Assembly: GCA_028023455.1 (NCBI GenBank)
Contig: JAQFVV010000007.1
Coordinates: 8,618,001 to 8,682,000 of the forward strand
Direction of reading: 5' to 3'
Source: Epiperipatus broadwayi
Lineage: Eukaryota; Animalia; Onychophora
DNA: 64,000 nucleotides
Shown here: positions 1 to 12,663 of the stretch, piece after piece
Position numbering within the stretch: position 1 is the stretch's first letter
How the letters are laid out: each line of letters opens with the position of its first letter
The notes under the pieces: generated by a model
Database searches by the model: none
The model's input: only the letters and a program-made list of their open reading frames with translations
What the model was told of the DNA's origin: nothing
Program-made: the position numbers and the translations under genes

Positions 1-427
1 CAGAAGGTTTTTGAGTTAATCTTTATAATATAAATGGTGTCTGCCTCTTACATGACAACCATGATCAACATTACATAAAACACCCTTTTAATAAGCATAC
101 ATTATTCATTCATTTCATCACATAATCACTATCCTGTTTCATTCATTTCACATACTCATTCAAAAAAAATGTTTTGAAATAGTGGAATGAAATACATATT
201 GATTGTTTTTTAGAGAAAAGATCATCTTTTGTTTGATCAGTAAATAGAGAAGTTAGAATTATTTACAAGTTTATTAAAACTATTGTCTAGTAACAGTACT
301 TATTTAGATGATCTCATACAAACCAAACTAAAACAAAGTCAGATTAATATTATTACTATGTTATTATTTCAGTTTGCAATGCCAGTTTCTAATTGATTGC
401 ATATTTGGTTACATCAGGGCTGAACTC

Positions 428-1313
428 TACAAGGGGAAATCCAAAAATGACCAAAATTTTATAGTAAAAAAATGTGTATTTATTTTTAGGTGTTACTAAT
501 TGAATTTCTTTCAAACTATAGTCTACGTAATGCAATGGACTAGTCTAAACATATTTTACACTTTCCAAAGTAGTCCACAAGCATTTGCAAAGCAATGCCT
601 TTCAACATCTTCATAAAATTGAGATATTTTTTCATTTGAGAGAATATAAAAAAAGTCACACAAAGCAACATCAAGTGAATATGGCTGATAGATAAGCTGA
701 GTCATGCTGAATGTAATTAAACAAATTTTCACACTCGGGGCTTTCTACACTAGTGCATTGTCATGATAAACCATGCACTCTTCACTTTGTCTCAAGACAA
801 GATGTTTAAATTTTATCACATCAAGCAAAAAGTTCAGAATATATAGACCTGATTGTTAAAAAAGAATTCTGAGTAAACAATACTGTTGCAATACAAAAAA
901 ATCAGCATTGTCTTGACCCTAGACTTCATTTGCCATACTTTTTTTTGAGACATGGTGAATTTGATATTTCCATTAAACACTTGTAAACTTATGTTTTTTC
1001 CCAGAGCAGCTTGCTTGTAAGCTATTCCATGGATTACAACTTTTTGCCCCACCATTTCCCCTAAAAAAAAAAACAACAGGATTTCACATTCCTAATTTTC
1101 AGCCATTACAAAATCAATAAATATGTAAAACAAACTTTACAAAAAACTATCCTTTATGGCACCATGATTTCACATGGCAAAAACATTTGGTAGATTGATG
1201 TAGAAGGGTCCCAGAAAGAGACATCAAGATTCAGAAGCATGTACTGAAAGAAGTGTGTGCTCACCAGAGAATGATTCAGATTATTTGGGTTATTTTTGGG
1301 TATCCCCCTTGTA
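428..1313 (-). mobile_element. Decayed, internally deleted Tc1/mariner DNA transposon
   Basis: Imperfect TIRs TACAAGGGGAAATCCAAAAATGACC (428) and GGGTTATTTTTGGGTATCCCCCTTGTA (to 1313) end in TA. Minus-strand remnant reads ...VYHDNALV*KAPSVKICLITFSMTQLIYQPYSLDVA, matching mariner HDNA and HPPYSPDLAP motifs. Confidence 0.8.
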
Positions 1314-1790
1314 TCTAAAAAAAAAAGGACAGGGAATCTCATTAAAAGATTCAATATTTTTATCTGTAAGTTTTTGACAATTTTCTAATTGTATACATAA
1401 TTATTTTAATATCATAATAGTGATACAAATAGATAATAATATATAACTTTATACAGAAAAATTTGCAGCTATGCAGTAGCAATTAGAGATAAAAATATTC
1501 ATCTTCACAACAAATGGATTCAGGATGATAAGATAATTTGTCTAATAACATTTTCAATTCAAAGCCTTTCTATATAAGATGTTTTAACAATAACTAATGG
1601 ACTCTTTCATTATATTAATAGATTATGAAAAAAACCAAATTTTCCAAATCTGTAACTAACTTCCAATTTGATTTTGCTAATATATATATATATCAATAGA
1701 TAGCGCTTTACCAAAACTACCGAACAAGCGTATATTTGTTTACATAAACATCAAAAGAGTCAGAATTCATTATCTCTTTAGTTTGCTCCA

Positions 1791-1837
1791 CTTTCAGATC
1801 AGCTGATTTCAAACTAATTTGCTATCATCAGTGAAGG
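1791..1837 (-). ncRNA. Type I hammerhead ribozyme (family A)
   Basis: Reverse complement CCUUCA-CUGAUGA-UAGCAAAUUAGUUU-GAAA-UCAGCUGA-UC-UGAAAG. Core intact; one stem I mismatch. Confidence 0.75.
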
Positions 1838-2203
1838 ATAGGGCTAGAAACTAGACCTAAACACTGACTCCAAGTGTTTATGCAAAATGTTCCTATCAGT
1901 TTGCAAGCATGAATTTTTCAGATATGTAATATCTTCAAACCCAGCCTAACAAGCCAGATAGCTACATGGGTCTGATATCAGTTCAGTTTCACCACATAGT
2001 CAAAGCCTCTGCAATATATATCATTGCAAAAACCTTTAATGGTACATTTATGAAAAACAAAAACAAGTTATAATCACGTAACTTGCTATTGCTTGTATTT
2101 ATGATCAATAGATGGCGCTTTACAAAAAACCACCGAACAAGCGTATATTTGTTTACATAAACGTCAAAACAGTCAGAATTCACTATCTCTTTTGTTTGCT
2201 CTA

Positions 2204-2250
2204 CCTTCAGATCAGCTGATTTCAAGCTAATTTGCTATCATCAGTGAAGG
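2204..2250 (-). ncRNA. Type I hammerhead ribozyme (family A)
   Basis: Reverse complement CCUUCA-CUGAUGA-UAGCAAAUUAGCUU-GAAA-UCAGCUGA-UC-UGAAGG. Perfect 6-bp stem I, AUC cleavage triplet. Confidence 0.88.
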
Positions 2251-2383
2251 ATAGTGCTAGAAATTAGATCTAAACACTGACTCCAAGCATTTATGCAAAA
2301 AGTTCCTATCAGTTTGCAAGCATGAATTTTTCAGACATGTAATGTCTTCAAACCCAGTGTTTAGATCTAGTTTCTAGCCCTAT

Positions 2384-2430
2384 CCTTCACTGATGATAGC
2401 AAATTAGCTTGAAATCAGCTGATCTGAAGG
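2384..2430 (+). ncRNA. Type I hammerhead ribozyme (family A), predicted cleavage after C2424
   Basis: CCTTCA CTGATGA TAGCAAATTAGCTT GAAA TCAGCTGA TC TGAAGG. Stem I CCUUCA/UGAAGG, stem II AGC/GCU, palindromic stem III AUCAGCUGAU. Confidence 0.9.
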
Positions 2431-2792
2431 TGGAGCAAATGAAAGAGATAGTGAATTCTGACTCTTTTGACATTTATGTAAACAAATATATGCTTGTTCG
2501 GTGGTTTTGGTAAAGCGCCATCTATTGATCATAAATACAAGCGATAGCAAGTTACATGATTATAACTTGTTTTTGTTTTTCATAAATGTACCTTTAAAGG
2601 TTTTTGCAATGATATATTGCACAGGTTTTGACTATGTGGTGAAACTGAACTGATATCAGACCCATGTAGCTATCTGGCTTGTTAGGGTGGTTTGAAGACA
2701 TTAAGTGTCTGAAAAATTCATGCTTGCAAATTGATAGGAACTTTTTGCATAAATGCTTGGAGTCAATGTTTAGATCTAGTTTCTAGCCCTAT

Positions 2793-2839
2793 CTTTCACT
2801 GATGATAGCAAATTAGCTTGAAATCAGCTGATCTGAAGG
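2793..2839 (+). ncRNA. Type I hammerhead ribozyme (family A)
   Basis: CTTTCA CTGATGA TAGCAAATTAGCTT GAAA TCAGCTGA TC TGAAGG. One U.G wobble in stem I; lies 409 bp from the previous copy. Confidence 0.85.
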
Positions 2840-5800
2840 TGGAGCAAATGAAAGAGATAGTGAATTCTGACTCTTTTGACGTTTATGTAAACAAATATAT
2901 GCTTGTTCAGTGGCTTTGGTAAAGCACCATCTATTGATTATAAATACAAGCGATAGCAAGTTACATGATTATAACTTCTTTTTGTTTTTCATATATATAT
3001 ATTTGTTATAGACACACAATGATATATAAAGTTGAAAGGAAAAGTAGAAATAAACACAGTCAAAAAATTTTAGTGGATATTTTCTACATTTACTGAAAAT
3101 AAATAATTCTGAATTTAAAACATAATTTTATTATGAAATAAATATTTTTTTTAAAAGGTCTAATAAATATTTATTATTCTCATTTTGAAATTTAAAAAGA
3201 AGCAGGGTTTATTTTTGAAATCCTTTAATTAAAACTTGTATAAAATATTTATTTTTTTCATTAGTGCTCGTATGCATTTTTACTATCTAGTTAAAAATCT
3301 TTGTAGATTAAAAATTTCAAATGATTTTAGTAAAAACATGTATACCACATCTTTGGTAAAATTGCTAAGTTGCTTTCAAAAATAGCTTTTAATTAAAAGG
3401 GATTGAAAAGAATTAGTGGCCTTTTTGAAAAGATAAAAAAAATTTTTTAATTAAATGTGTTATTATCACTCCAAATAAATTCTATAAAAGGGCTGATAAA
3501 AAAATATATCAGTTCAGTTTGACTGGCAGTTTTTGTAAGAGCTGGCCAGAAAAGTCTGGTTTTAATATTTTAGGTGGCCAAATTGTCCAGCTGCAATGTT
3601 TGGATATTATTTTTTTAAGACAGTTCTTGCCTTAATATTTTTGGTGATGCAGTTAACTAATGGTGAGCTGCAAAGTGTGGCTAAAATATTTTGTGAAGAG
3701 TTAGCTGCAGTTTGTTGGTAACTGAAGCAGAGTGGCCACAATAAAGCTAGATGTAGAGATGGCTGGCAGAATTAGACAGTTACCATGAAAATGTAGCTGG
3801 GGTCAAGAAAAGAAAAGCTGCTTTATAGTTCCCTACTGAAGATGACTCACATGAGGTTTGAGACAACTGAGGAGTCTAGTCAGCTTAAATATGTTCTAAG
3901 AAAACAGCTGCTTGCCTCCAACAATTCTAGATAGAAGGAAGCTCATGGAAGCCAGCAAATCACCTGAATTGTACATTTTCCTGATGCCAACAATTGCTTG
4001 GACTATACTTTTCTGATGATGATGATAAACAATCACAAAAACCAAGCTTACCAAGGGAAACTTGAAGAATTAGTACATGTATGCTGCTGTTTATCAATAT
4101 GAAGAGAAGCATGGATAAATGTATATACAAAAGTGAGTTGTTTTAAAGCTTCTAATATTTAAATTAAAAATGTTATGATTAGTTAAAGGCAACCTATAGT
4201 AATGTTATATATTTAAAATGTGATTCTTAAAGTGAGATATATAATCTATAACAATTATTTTAAATCATTTATTGAGAAAATAAAAAGACATTTTGAAATT
4301 CATATTTTTAATTGTATAAAACATTATTTTTCATTTATTAAAAAAAAGAGACATTTTAAAAGTGCCTGGATTTTTTAAAAAAATAAAAAATAAAAAAAAG
4401 TAAAGAATAGAATATTCTATAATTTAAATTTTAAAATGTTGATAATTAATAGGACATATATGTAAAATTTAATCAGTTTTTGTCATTATTGAATATCAAT
4501 TGAAATATGTTAATTGTACATTATAAATCATGCATCTGTGTACATATATATGTAAACCACCATGTAATAACTTAAATTTTGTATTAAACACAAATATGCA
4601 TTTATGGAAACCTATTAAGATGTATTGTAAATTAATGGAATAACTTTAATTTTGTATAATAATTTTGTAAATCACAAATGTGATTTTTTTTATTGTATAT
4701 TAATCAAAATCAGAAGACTTAATTTATATGTATAGTCACATAGACCTTAATTTGAATTTTTGTTATTGTTGTTAATAAATTTGTATTCAATTGTTAAAAA
4801 TTGTTTCAGTCATCTCTTGGTCACAAACAGTAATAGAGCTTATTCTCTGAAAAAGATTCGAGCATGTGATGAATATATAAATGGGGATGTATTTAGTGCC
4901 TTAGGAGCATTCCAGTATGACATTGTCCTGGTTTTCTTCAAAGCTCCTGCATTATATTTTGTTTTAGTTTAGTCTTATTAAAAATTTAAGTTTATAATTG
5001 GCCAGTACATTAATAGTATTAAGTGGCCAAAGCATTGATGATGATCAGTATGTTTAAATGTCCCAGCATTATTGTTTTTTTGATTACGTATTCTGATGGA
5101 GTAGCACTTAAGATGGTACATCCAAATTATGGGTAAACAATTGCCCCAAGCTGGCAATAGCTCAGCTCAGTACTTGGACTGGTCTACAGAAGACCCATTT
5201 CCAATCCAGTCACCAGATTGACTATTGATTTTATTCTGAAGTAGTTTGATTGATTAATCATTCAGGATAAATGGTTATTATTTTGAGTATTACTAATTAT
5301 AATACTGGTTGATGGATTTATAATTATATTTATAGTTGTTCTGAGGAATGACTAACTGATCTCTCAGAGATTCTCTCTCTCTTGATCTTTAACATTTTTT
5401 AATAATATCTTACTTAAATATATATTAATATTTAATATCTTATTTATTAGATCTTATTTCTTATTAAATATTATATATTATACTTTTTGTAAATTATAAA
5501 TTTAATTTACTTGGGAGTGATGATGATTTGCCATCTCCCCAGGTGACCATTACATGACTATCTGATTTTGCTATCCTGTTACAATATGTATATGATTCAG
5601 CATCCTTTACAAGAATAATCCAATTTCATCACAAATAAAAACTCAATAATTTTAATTGTTTTTTGGAATTCTACCAGCAATGTAACAACACTCTCATCAT
5701 CATCAGACAAAATTTTCCATTTGTTTTGATGTTTTTAAGTCTGTATTGACTTCTGAATCTATACAAATAATTCTTTTGTTGCAGTAAAGTGCTTGAAATT

Positions 5801-6599
5801 TCTTGGCTAAGATTCAGATATTTCCAAAGTAAGGCCATCTACTAGTATGCTTTTCTGACTTGCGTCTTCCCATCATAAACTGTATGTCTTTTTAGGTTTT
5901 GTTAGCAAATTATTATGCCCATACTTTAACAGATTTAGAAAACAATCAAAAAATCATCATAACTCCGCTTTGATTTCCTAAAAACCTACCATCTATTTTT
6001 TTTTAATTCTTTAAAATTAAATTTAGATTTGCCATGTTTACAGATAAAGAAAACATTTGACAGCATATTTTAGCCTTGGCAGAATTGCTACTAGAATTAT
6101 TTTTCCACTTTCAGCACATTATAAATAGAATTACTGAATTTTCAAAAATATAAATACATGTCTTTTTATAATTACTTATGTAGTTGAAGTTTAATGCTCA
6201 GGAGGTCATATGATGTTTGAGAACAGAAAGTAACAGAGCTAAGTTGCAATTAGAGACATGCCTGTCATTTTCTCATTCCATAAACTACATAAGATGCAGC
6301 TTTCATTGATGTTACAAAAATATGATTAGACAGGTGGGCAAGTTTTGAATGATGTACTGCAAGACTTAAAAATTACACATTTGATACAACTATATAATGC
6401 ACATAGGTAAAGTTATAATTTTGTAATTAAGCTATGAATCTCCATTTATTTTGTTCACTTCTTTTAAAAGGGTTTAAATGTATCAGAGGGTGATGCGTTC
6501 ATGGATGTAGAAAAGTTCATTCCATTTTCAAAATTGTGTAAAAATACATAAATGAACATTGACAAAATTACTTCATTAACAACATCCATAAAAAAAAAA

Positions 6600-8060
6600 A
6601 AAAAGAAATATTTGGTATGGTTACAAAACTAGGGCAATTGTTGAATAATGATCTAACAAAACGTATCATCAAATATTATTGCTGTCAGCTGGTTATAAGG
6701 TTTTGAAAAAAAATCTTAAAAAAGAACTATGTCAATAGATGAGTACCATCCACTTTTAAAACAGGCTTTATTTAGACTAAGGTGAAATCGATATGAACAC
6801 ACTGAAAATAATTTATAAAACAAAACAAGACTTTTGCACTATTTCTATCGATTTCACTCCACCTTATGAATCTGTTAAGAAGATGTTAAAATTCTTAGTC
6901 CAGGAAAATCATTAACTTGTTTGACAATATATTCTTGCCCCCCTCCCCTCAAATCTCAAGTGACTCTTAATGATTATTGGAATACCTATCAAATTCAAGA
7001 CTGTTTTTTCATCTACTTTAATATATTCATCAGTGATGTTCCAAAAACAATAATTCCAAAAAATTTATCTATCTGATGGCATTGAAATTGATAGAAAAAT
7101 GAAATAAAGCAGTCAATTAGTATGAGAAGTTTGTAAATATTTATCAGACTTGAGCTTTATAATTCTATAAAGGCAACATATTCAGTTTTCCAACTAAATA
7201 ATTAAAATAATATCTTGTAACCTGAACACAATCTTTATAAACAACAGAATAAAAGATGATCATAACTTAAGCCATTTAAAAGTACTACTGGTTTGTAGAT
7301 AAATTGGTTTCCTCTCATCTAAAAACACGGTTTCCCCTCATTTACCAAAGGTCAGATCTAAAATAATTTCTAGGAACAATTCCTCTAGATAGTTAGCATA
7401 ATATATTGCTGAAGATTGTGCCCCTGGTGGAAAATTGGTCACAGTAAAATTCTAAATATGCAACTAAATATTACTATAATTCATAATAATAATACAATTA
7501 ATTCCACTCCCCTACAGTAGTTTTCCATACTTACATATATTTCTCCACTAGGTATCAAAAATGAGCTATCTCACAGAAAATCTTTAAAATGCTATTAAGT
7601 AGATATGATGCTGTACTTACTCGAAGCATTCTGTCACCAATTACCATACACAACAAAGCAAGTCCTACATGTTTCATCAAAAAAATCTTTTTCAAATGGT
7701 CAAAGAAAATTGAAAATGTAAAAATGATTATCTTGCAAGGCAAAACTTAACACAGATTTCTTGCTCCAGATTCAATAACAAAACAACTGAATTTGATTTT
7801 TCTATACATAACTGAAATGCTTATGAAAAAGCATGATCTTTAATACTCTTGAAATTATTGAGAGCCTCTGATGTCTGTATCATAAACCATGTGATTAATG
7901 ACCAACCAATTTATGCATACAATGTCTAAATTGAAGGACTTAATAAAGCCATAGGTAAATTCATTATTTGGTTGGAATACCTGTGGACAAACAAAAAAAT
8001 ACACCATGGATCATATAATTAGTGAGTGCCCAATCCACATAGGAAATATTGAATTGATGG
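6600..8060 (+). mobile_element. Heavily decayed non-LTR retrotransposon ORF2 (RT plus C-terminal zinc knuckle)
   Basis: Frameshifted fragments ISIDFTPPYESV, FNIFISDVP, IAEDCAP and CGQTKKYTMDHIISECP occur in the expected order. Confidence 0.5.
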
Positions 8061-8340
8061 ATTTAATAAAGCTATGAATGAATCTATTTTCAGATTGGCA
8101 TATCTACAAGTAAACAAAAATAAATAAAATAATAATTTAATTTAACATTTCATACTGAAATCTCTATCATAAGTATAATGAATTTGGGGTTTAGAGCTTC
8201 ATTATAAATAATAAAACTATTATTAACATTCATGAATATTTCACAGATTGCATATGTAAAAAGATTTAATTTGCAAGTGTGACATTACTTCAATGGATTC
8301 ATTTTGGTGACATTGTCTGGGATAAATATTAAATCATTGT

Positions 8341-8897
8341 AACATCATACAACCACTACTTCTTATGCTTGCGCACTCTGTTAAACACAATAGTGCAACT
8401 TTCTCCATACAAGATTGCCACCTAGTGCTACCAATAGTAATCAATGAAGGCTGGAAAGTTTGTGCATCAAAATCCCTATCTATTGCCTAATCATCCAATA
8501 TCCCCAGATTAGTTTTCAGCATATGCTTTTCATCAATGAGGAGTCTTGGATGTGAGAGCATTCTAACTAGATCTTTGGATCTATGGCATTGCTCCAGTAG
8601 CCATCTTTTATTTTTTAGTTAACTATAAAACTATGATCCCAAACTGAAAACCACAATAATATTTTTAATCCAAGCTAATTTGCTTGTGTAGTCATACAGA
8701 TCAGACACCACGTCAGTAGCTATATATTTTACTTTCAGATCCGAGATTCCTGACAGATGAAAGTCATAAGCTAGAAACTAATCTGGGGTTATTAAATAAA
8801 TAAGAACTAGATAGAGATTTTGATGCAGGTACCTTTCTAGCATCCATTGATTACGATGACTTGTACTAGGTGGCAATATTGCATGGAGAAAGTTGCT
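8341..8897. mobile_element. Family C retrozyme-like fold-back element with two degenerate HHRs (8501-8542 minus, 8748-8788 plus)
   Basis: Inverted arms homologous to the 22510-23320 and 29399-29860 copies. Cores read UUGAUGA...GAAAACUAAUC and CAGAUGA...GAAACUAAUC. Confidence 0.75.
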
Positions 8898-9280
8898 GTT
8901 GTCTTAGAATAAATGTGAAGATTAGTTATTAATCATTTTATTGGTCTGCCAGAAAGACACCTGGGATCATTTGCTTTTTACATATATCTTTATCCATATG
9001 ATTAAAGAAAAGTACTGAGTTTAGAAATTTTATTTTGTATTTAAATACATATGTATATATTCAAAAATGTAAACATGAACATACAAAAAATGTCCACATA
9101 AATAGTCCACTACATGTCAAGAGGCTCTCTAGTAAGTTGTCCATTAAAGAATAATAAAAATGATATTAATTATTAAGTTAATCAACTATAAGTAAAATAA
9201 ATTTGAATGCTTGTGATGATGATCATTTAGATATGATCATATGTTGAACTATTTCCATCATCTATCATTAAATGCTTTAG

Positions 9281-9740
9281 AAAATTTTAAACTTTTGCAA
9301 ATACAAACAACTGTTAATAGTAACACAAAGAAAATACAGGTTAGTACATTACACAATGTTTCAAGTAGTATTTTTCTCTGCTCTTCTTCAAGTGTTACTG
9401 GCCTGACCAGCAACAATACTAGCATAAGAGTGGAACTTATACCTTTAGATTCTTGAATATCCAATTTTAAGGCAATGCTTTAAACAACTGAGCTATTCTA
9501 CCACTGACTAGTATAAAAGTCAAATTTACACCTATAGATTAGTGAATATCAAATTTTAAGGCAATGTTCTGTTCATCTTAGCTTAATTTCTATGCTAGTA
9601 TTGGCATTGGTCAGGCCAGCAACACCCGAAGAAGAGGGGAGATTAATACCACTCGAAACATAGTGTAATTTACTAACCTGTGTTGTCTTTGGGTTTTATT
9701 ACTAACAATTGTTTGTATTTTGAAAAGTTTAAGTAAAATT
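9281..9740. mobile_element. Family E fold-back element with decayed minimal HHR motifs (9351-9395 minus, 9622-9666 plus)
   Basis: About 150-bp inverted arms around an internal about 90-bp duplication. Plus arm reads ACAC-CCGAAGA-A-GAGGGG..CCACUC-GAAA-CA-UA-GUGU. A further copy lies at 39130-39270. Confidence 0.65.
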
Positions 9741-11599
9741 ATTTAGGCCATTTTTAACAATCCTATTTCTCAGACATTCCCTCCTCTGGGATAACTAACT
9801 GCCTAGAATTCCACTCAATTTTCTCATTACTCAACAAAAATTATTAATAACAAGATTTACCGTGTTGTTGTTTTTTGTTTTTTTTTGCTTTTACATCAAT
9901 ATATTTAATTTTTCCATTTCAAAATTGTTTTTCTTCATATTACTTTTCATTCTTTCAAATAGTTTAAAGATGGCCACTGCCCCTAGTGGAAAAAATGTGC
10001 AGAGACCTAAACTACATAAACTAAAACCTTCAAAATTACACAAATTTTATCTAAACTGGGTTTCAAACAAGACTTAACTAAATACATTATCACCAAAGAA
10101 TTTATTTCAAAGTCTCCATCTTTTTGCCCTCTAGATGTTCCTCCCTTTCAGGCTGTGGTTTGCTCTATCAAAGATAAAAAGCAATTCAAAAACAACAACA
10201 TGACGAATCATAATGCCACTCCAAATACAACAGGAAAAAACTAAAACTACTCATCTACAAAAGACAAAAATCAGCCTGTTGCATCTAAGCATAACTCAGA
10301 AGTCTCCTCATCCATCCCTGAAACCTCTAAAGACTTAACATATAGCTATTCCTCCAAAATTTATGTCACATATAGATCCTCCTATCAATCCATCAGGGCA
10401 AACAAGCTTATCAACATTGCTCCTCACCAAGGAATCTTCTTTGCCTGTGCTACACACCCTTTCCATATCGCTTTCCCATTTCATATGTATTCCCCTCCCC
10501 TTCACCATATTGTATTTGAATTTCATTTTGCCATGTAATTATCCCTTTGTAAACCTTTTTTAGTTGTGTTTTTTTTTTGTATTTTTGATGAATAAAAGCT
10601 TTCATCACTGAAAAAAAAAAGTTTAAGTAAAGTTTAAAATTTTCTAGACATTTATTTACAGAGTGCATTCAACATTTAATGATAGATGATGAAAATAGTC
10701 CAATATATTATCACATAATCATATCACAGAACACATTTGTTCCTAAACGTGATATATTCAAGTAGTAGGAAAAATTTCAACGCGCGCTGTTGAAATTAGT
10801 AATATTAAATTATCACATAAGTAAAAGAGTTTACACTTTTTCATTTTTTTAGCTAAAAAAAAAAAGAATACCCATTTACCAGCCAATATCTGGATTGTTA
10901 GGTAAGAACAGTATTAAAATCATTGGACATTTCAAAGATAACAATTAAACTTTTGGGTGATATGCATAGCAGATAAATAAATGCCCCTCCCCCTTTTCAT
11001 CCATATACGTATATATAGATGTCAACATTTTATTTTTATTTTTGATAATTGCCAGACATTATTTTAGAATAAAAATATATTTCCAAAAAATTTAAAAATC
11101 AATGTTTTGACCTTCGGATGTTATTTTTAATATCACATAAAGTTATTTTCAAGCATGATTTGAAAAGTGTTGAACGGGGAGGGGGTGATTTATTAACCAA
11201 TCTGCTAAAATCTTAGAAAAAAAAAAAACAGTTGCTGCAGAGTAACCTTGGCAGCTGGAAAGATTAATGTTTTTTTAAATGACAATTCTCTTTTTTTTAA
11301 ATGGTCGAAGGAGACAAAAAAAAAAAGTTAACTTTTTACATTAAATTTAAAATACATCAACTACAGGTTACAGTATTTTTTTCATTTACAAACTAAACAT
11401 AGCAGCAATGATACTATTAATCTAACAACTATCTTTTCAAAAACTTTTAATTCTAAATAAAATTCACATTTTCTTAGAGTTCATCATTTTGAGTTATAGT
11501 TTACGTAAAAACATGTTTTATTTAATTGTGAATACACACACATTTTATAAATTGTTAAAAAATACAATATATAAGTCACAAAAATTAAAATAATATAGT

Positions 11600-12092
11600 G
11601 AAATATAGGAATTTGAACTCAGACTTTCAAGCACCCTTCAATTATCCATACTATCTCATACCACTGATACACATGACCATACACATGTAGAAAATATAAA
11701 TAATCACCAATATACGTATTTCGGGCTGAACCAGCACTCATCAGATGGTTCAGATTATCATCTCACATATATATATAAAATCGGTGCTCAGTTTATATTA
11801 AGGTAGCAAATCTTCATACTTTAATGACCAGGCTCCAATCTACTCCAACCCTTTACCATCCATACATTGAAAATCTGATGATGGAAAGCCCAAATCCTAT
11901 GCTGATGCCAATATTATTGCCATGACCATGTTGATCTCAAGTCACTCTGACTCCTCATGTATAGGACCTTATCCATCTAAATACATAGCAGAGGGATGGG
12001 ATGATGCAGGCTTAATCTATAATATTTGAAATACAGGCATTCTTCATATACCTGGAGCTTAATTATAAATATAGAGGTTTGAACACAGTAAA
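11600..12092 (-). mobile_element. Family D retrozyme-like unit (about 465 bp, slightly more than one monomer)
   Basis: TTTGAAC(T/A)CAG boundary motif recurs about 466 bp apart; homologous to about 8 other loci in the window. Confidence 0.8.
11706..11749 (-). ncRNA. Type I hammerhead ribozyme (family D)
   Basis: Reverse complement ACCAU-CUGAUGA-GUGC-UGGUUCA-GCCC-GAAA-UACGUA-UA-UUGGU. Core intact; single mismatches in stems I and II. Confidence 0.78.
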
Positions 12093-12663
12093 ATGGTAGT
12101 AAAATATAATAAATTAGAAGCAATATTAATATTTGTTCATTTATGAACTCTTGAGTAATAAAGTCAATCGATTATTTATTTAACACTGATGATGATCTTC
12201 ATGATTAATTAATCTACTAGACTTCACTAAGAGAATTCAAACATAAAAACACATACTTATTTGTACAAGTTAATGAATTTTCAATGCTCAGTTCTTTGAA
12301 TGTAAATGAGATTCCAAATCAAATACACTTCGGGCAACGTTTTTATTTATTTTATTACTTTTACATATCAAGTATATTAAAATGTCAATTGTTGACATTC
12401 AATACAAAAAAGAATTTATTTTAATAATTTTCAAAACTAAAGTCAAGTTAAAAATAAAATCTTTATTTTTTATTTTAAAAAAGTAAACCGTTATCTTTTT
12501 GAAGCTCCAATAAGAATAAAATTAATTCTTGTTAAAAACAATAATATGCTTTAAAATGTATATATGTCACACACATAACATTCTATGTTCTTATTTAAAT
12601 TTTCACTTCACCATTCATTCTGAAATTATATAGATAACAACATCTGAAATAGACAAATGAATC

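Larger units (their letters stand above)
1692..2990. mobile_element. Family A hammerhead retrozyme-like element: about 410-bp tandem units arranged as a fold-back palindrome
   Basis: About 1.6 units in one orientation (period 413) joined near 2357 to about 1.5 inverted units (period 409). Contains four HHR motifs and is flanked by (TA)n on both sides. Confidence 0.85.

Noticed and set aside
3500-3800. Degenerate CAGCTG / TAATATTTT-rich periodic region
   Set aside because: Periodicity is too irregular to define a unit and there is no open frame.
3834-3870. CTGAAGATGACTCACATGAGGTTTGAGAC, a hammerhead-like string
   Set aside because: GAGAC replaces GAAAC, stem II is weak, and there is no stem I or III.
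9950-10560. Possible LINE ORF1 or PLE 3' remnant
   Set aside because: Only a weak HCP.WKK resemblance; no GIY-YIG or RT motif could be read.
12184-12210. CTGATGATGATCTTCATGATT, a hammerhead 5' half
   Set aside because: No GAAA or downstream stems; could be chance in (GAT)n-like sequence.
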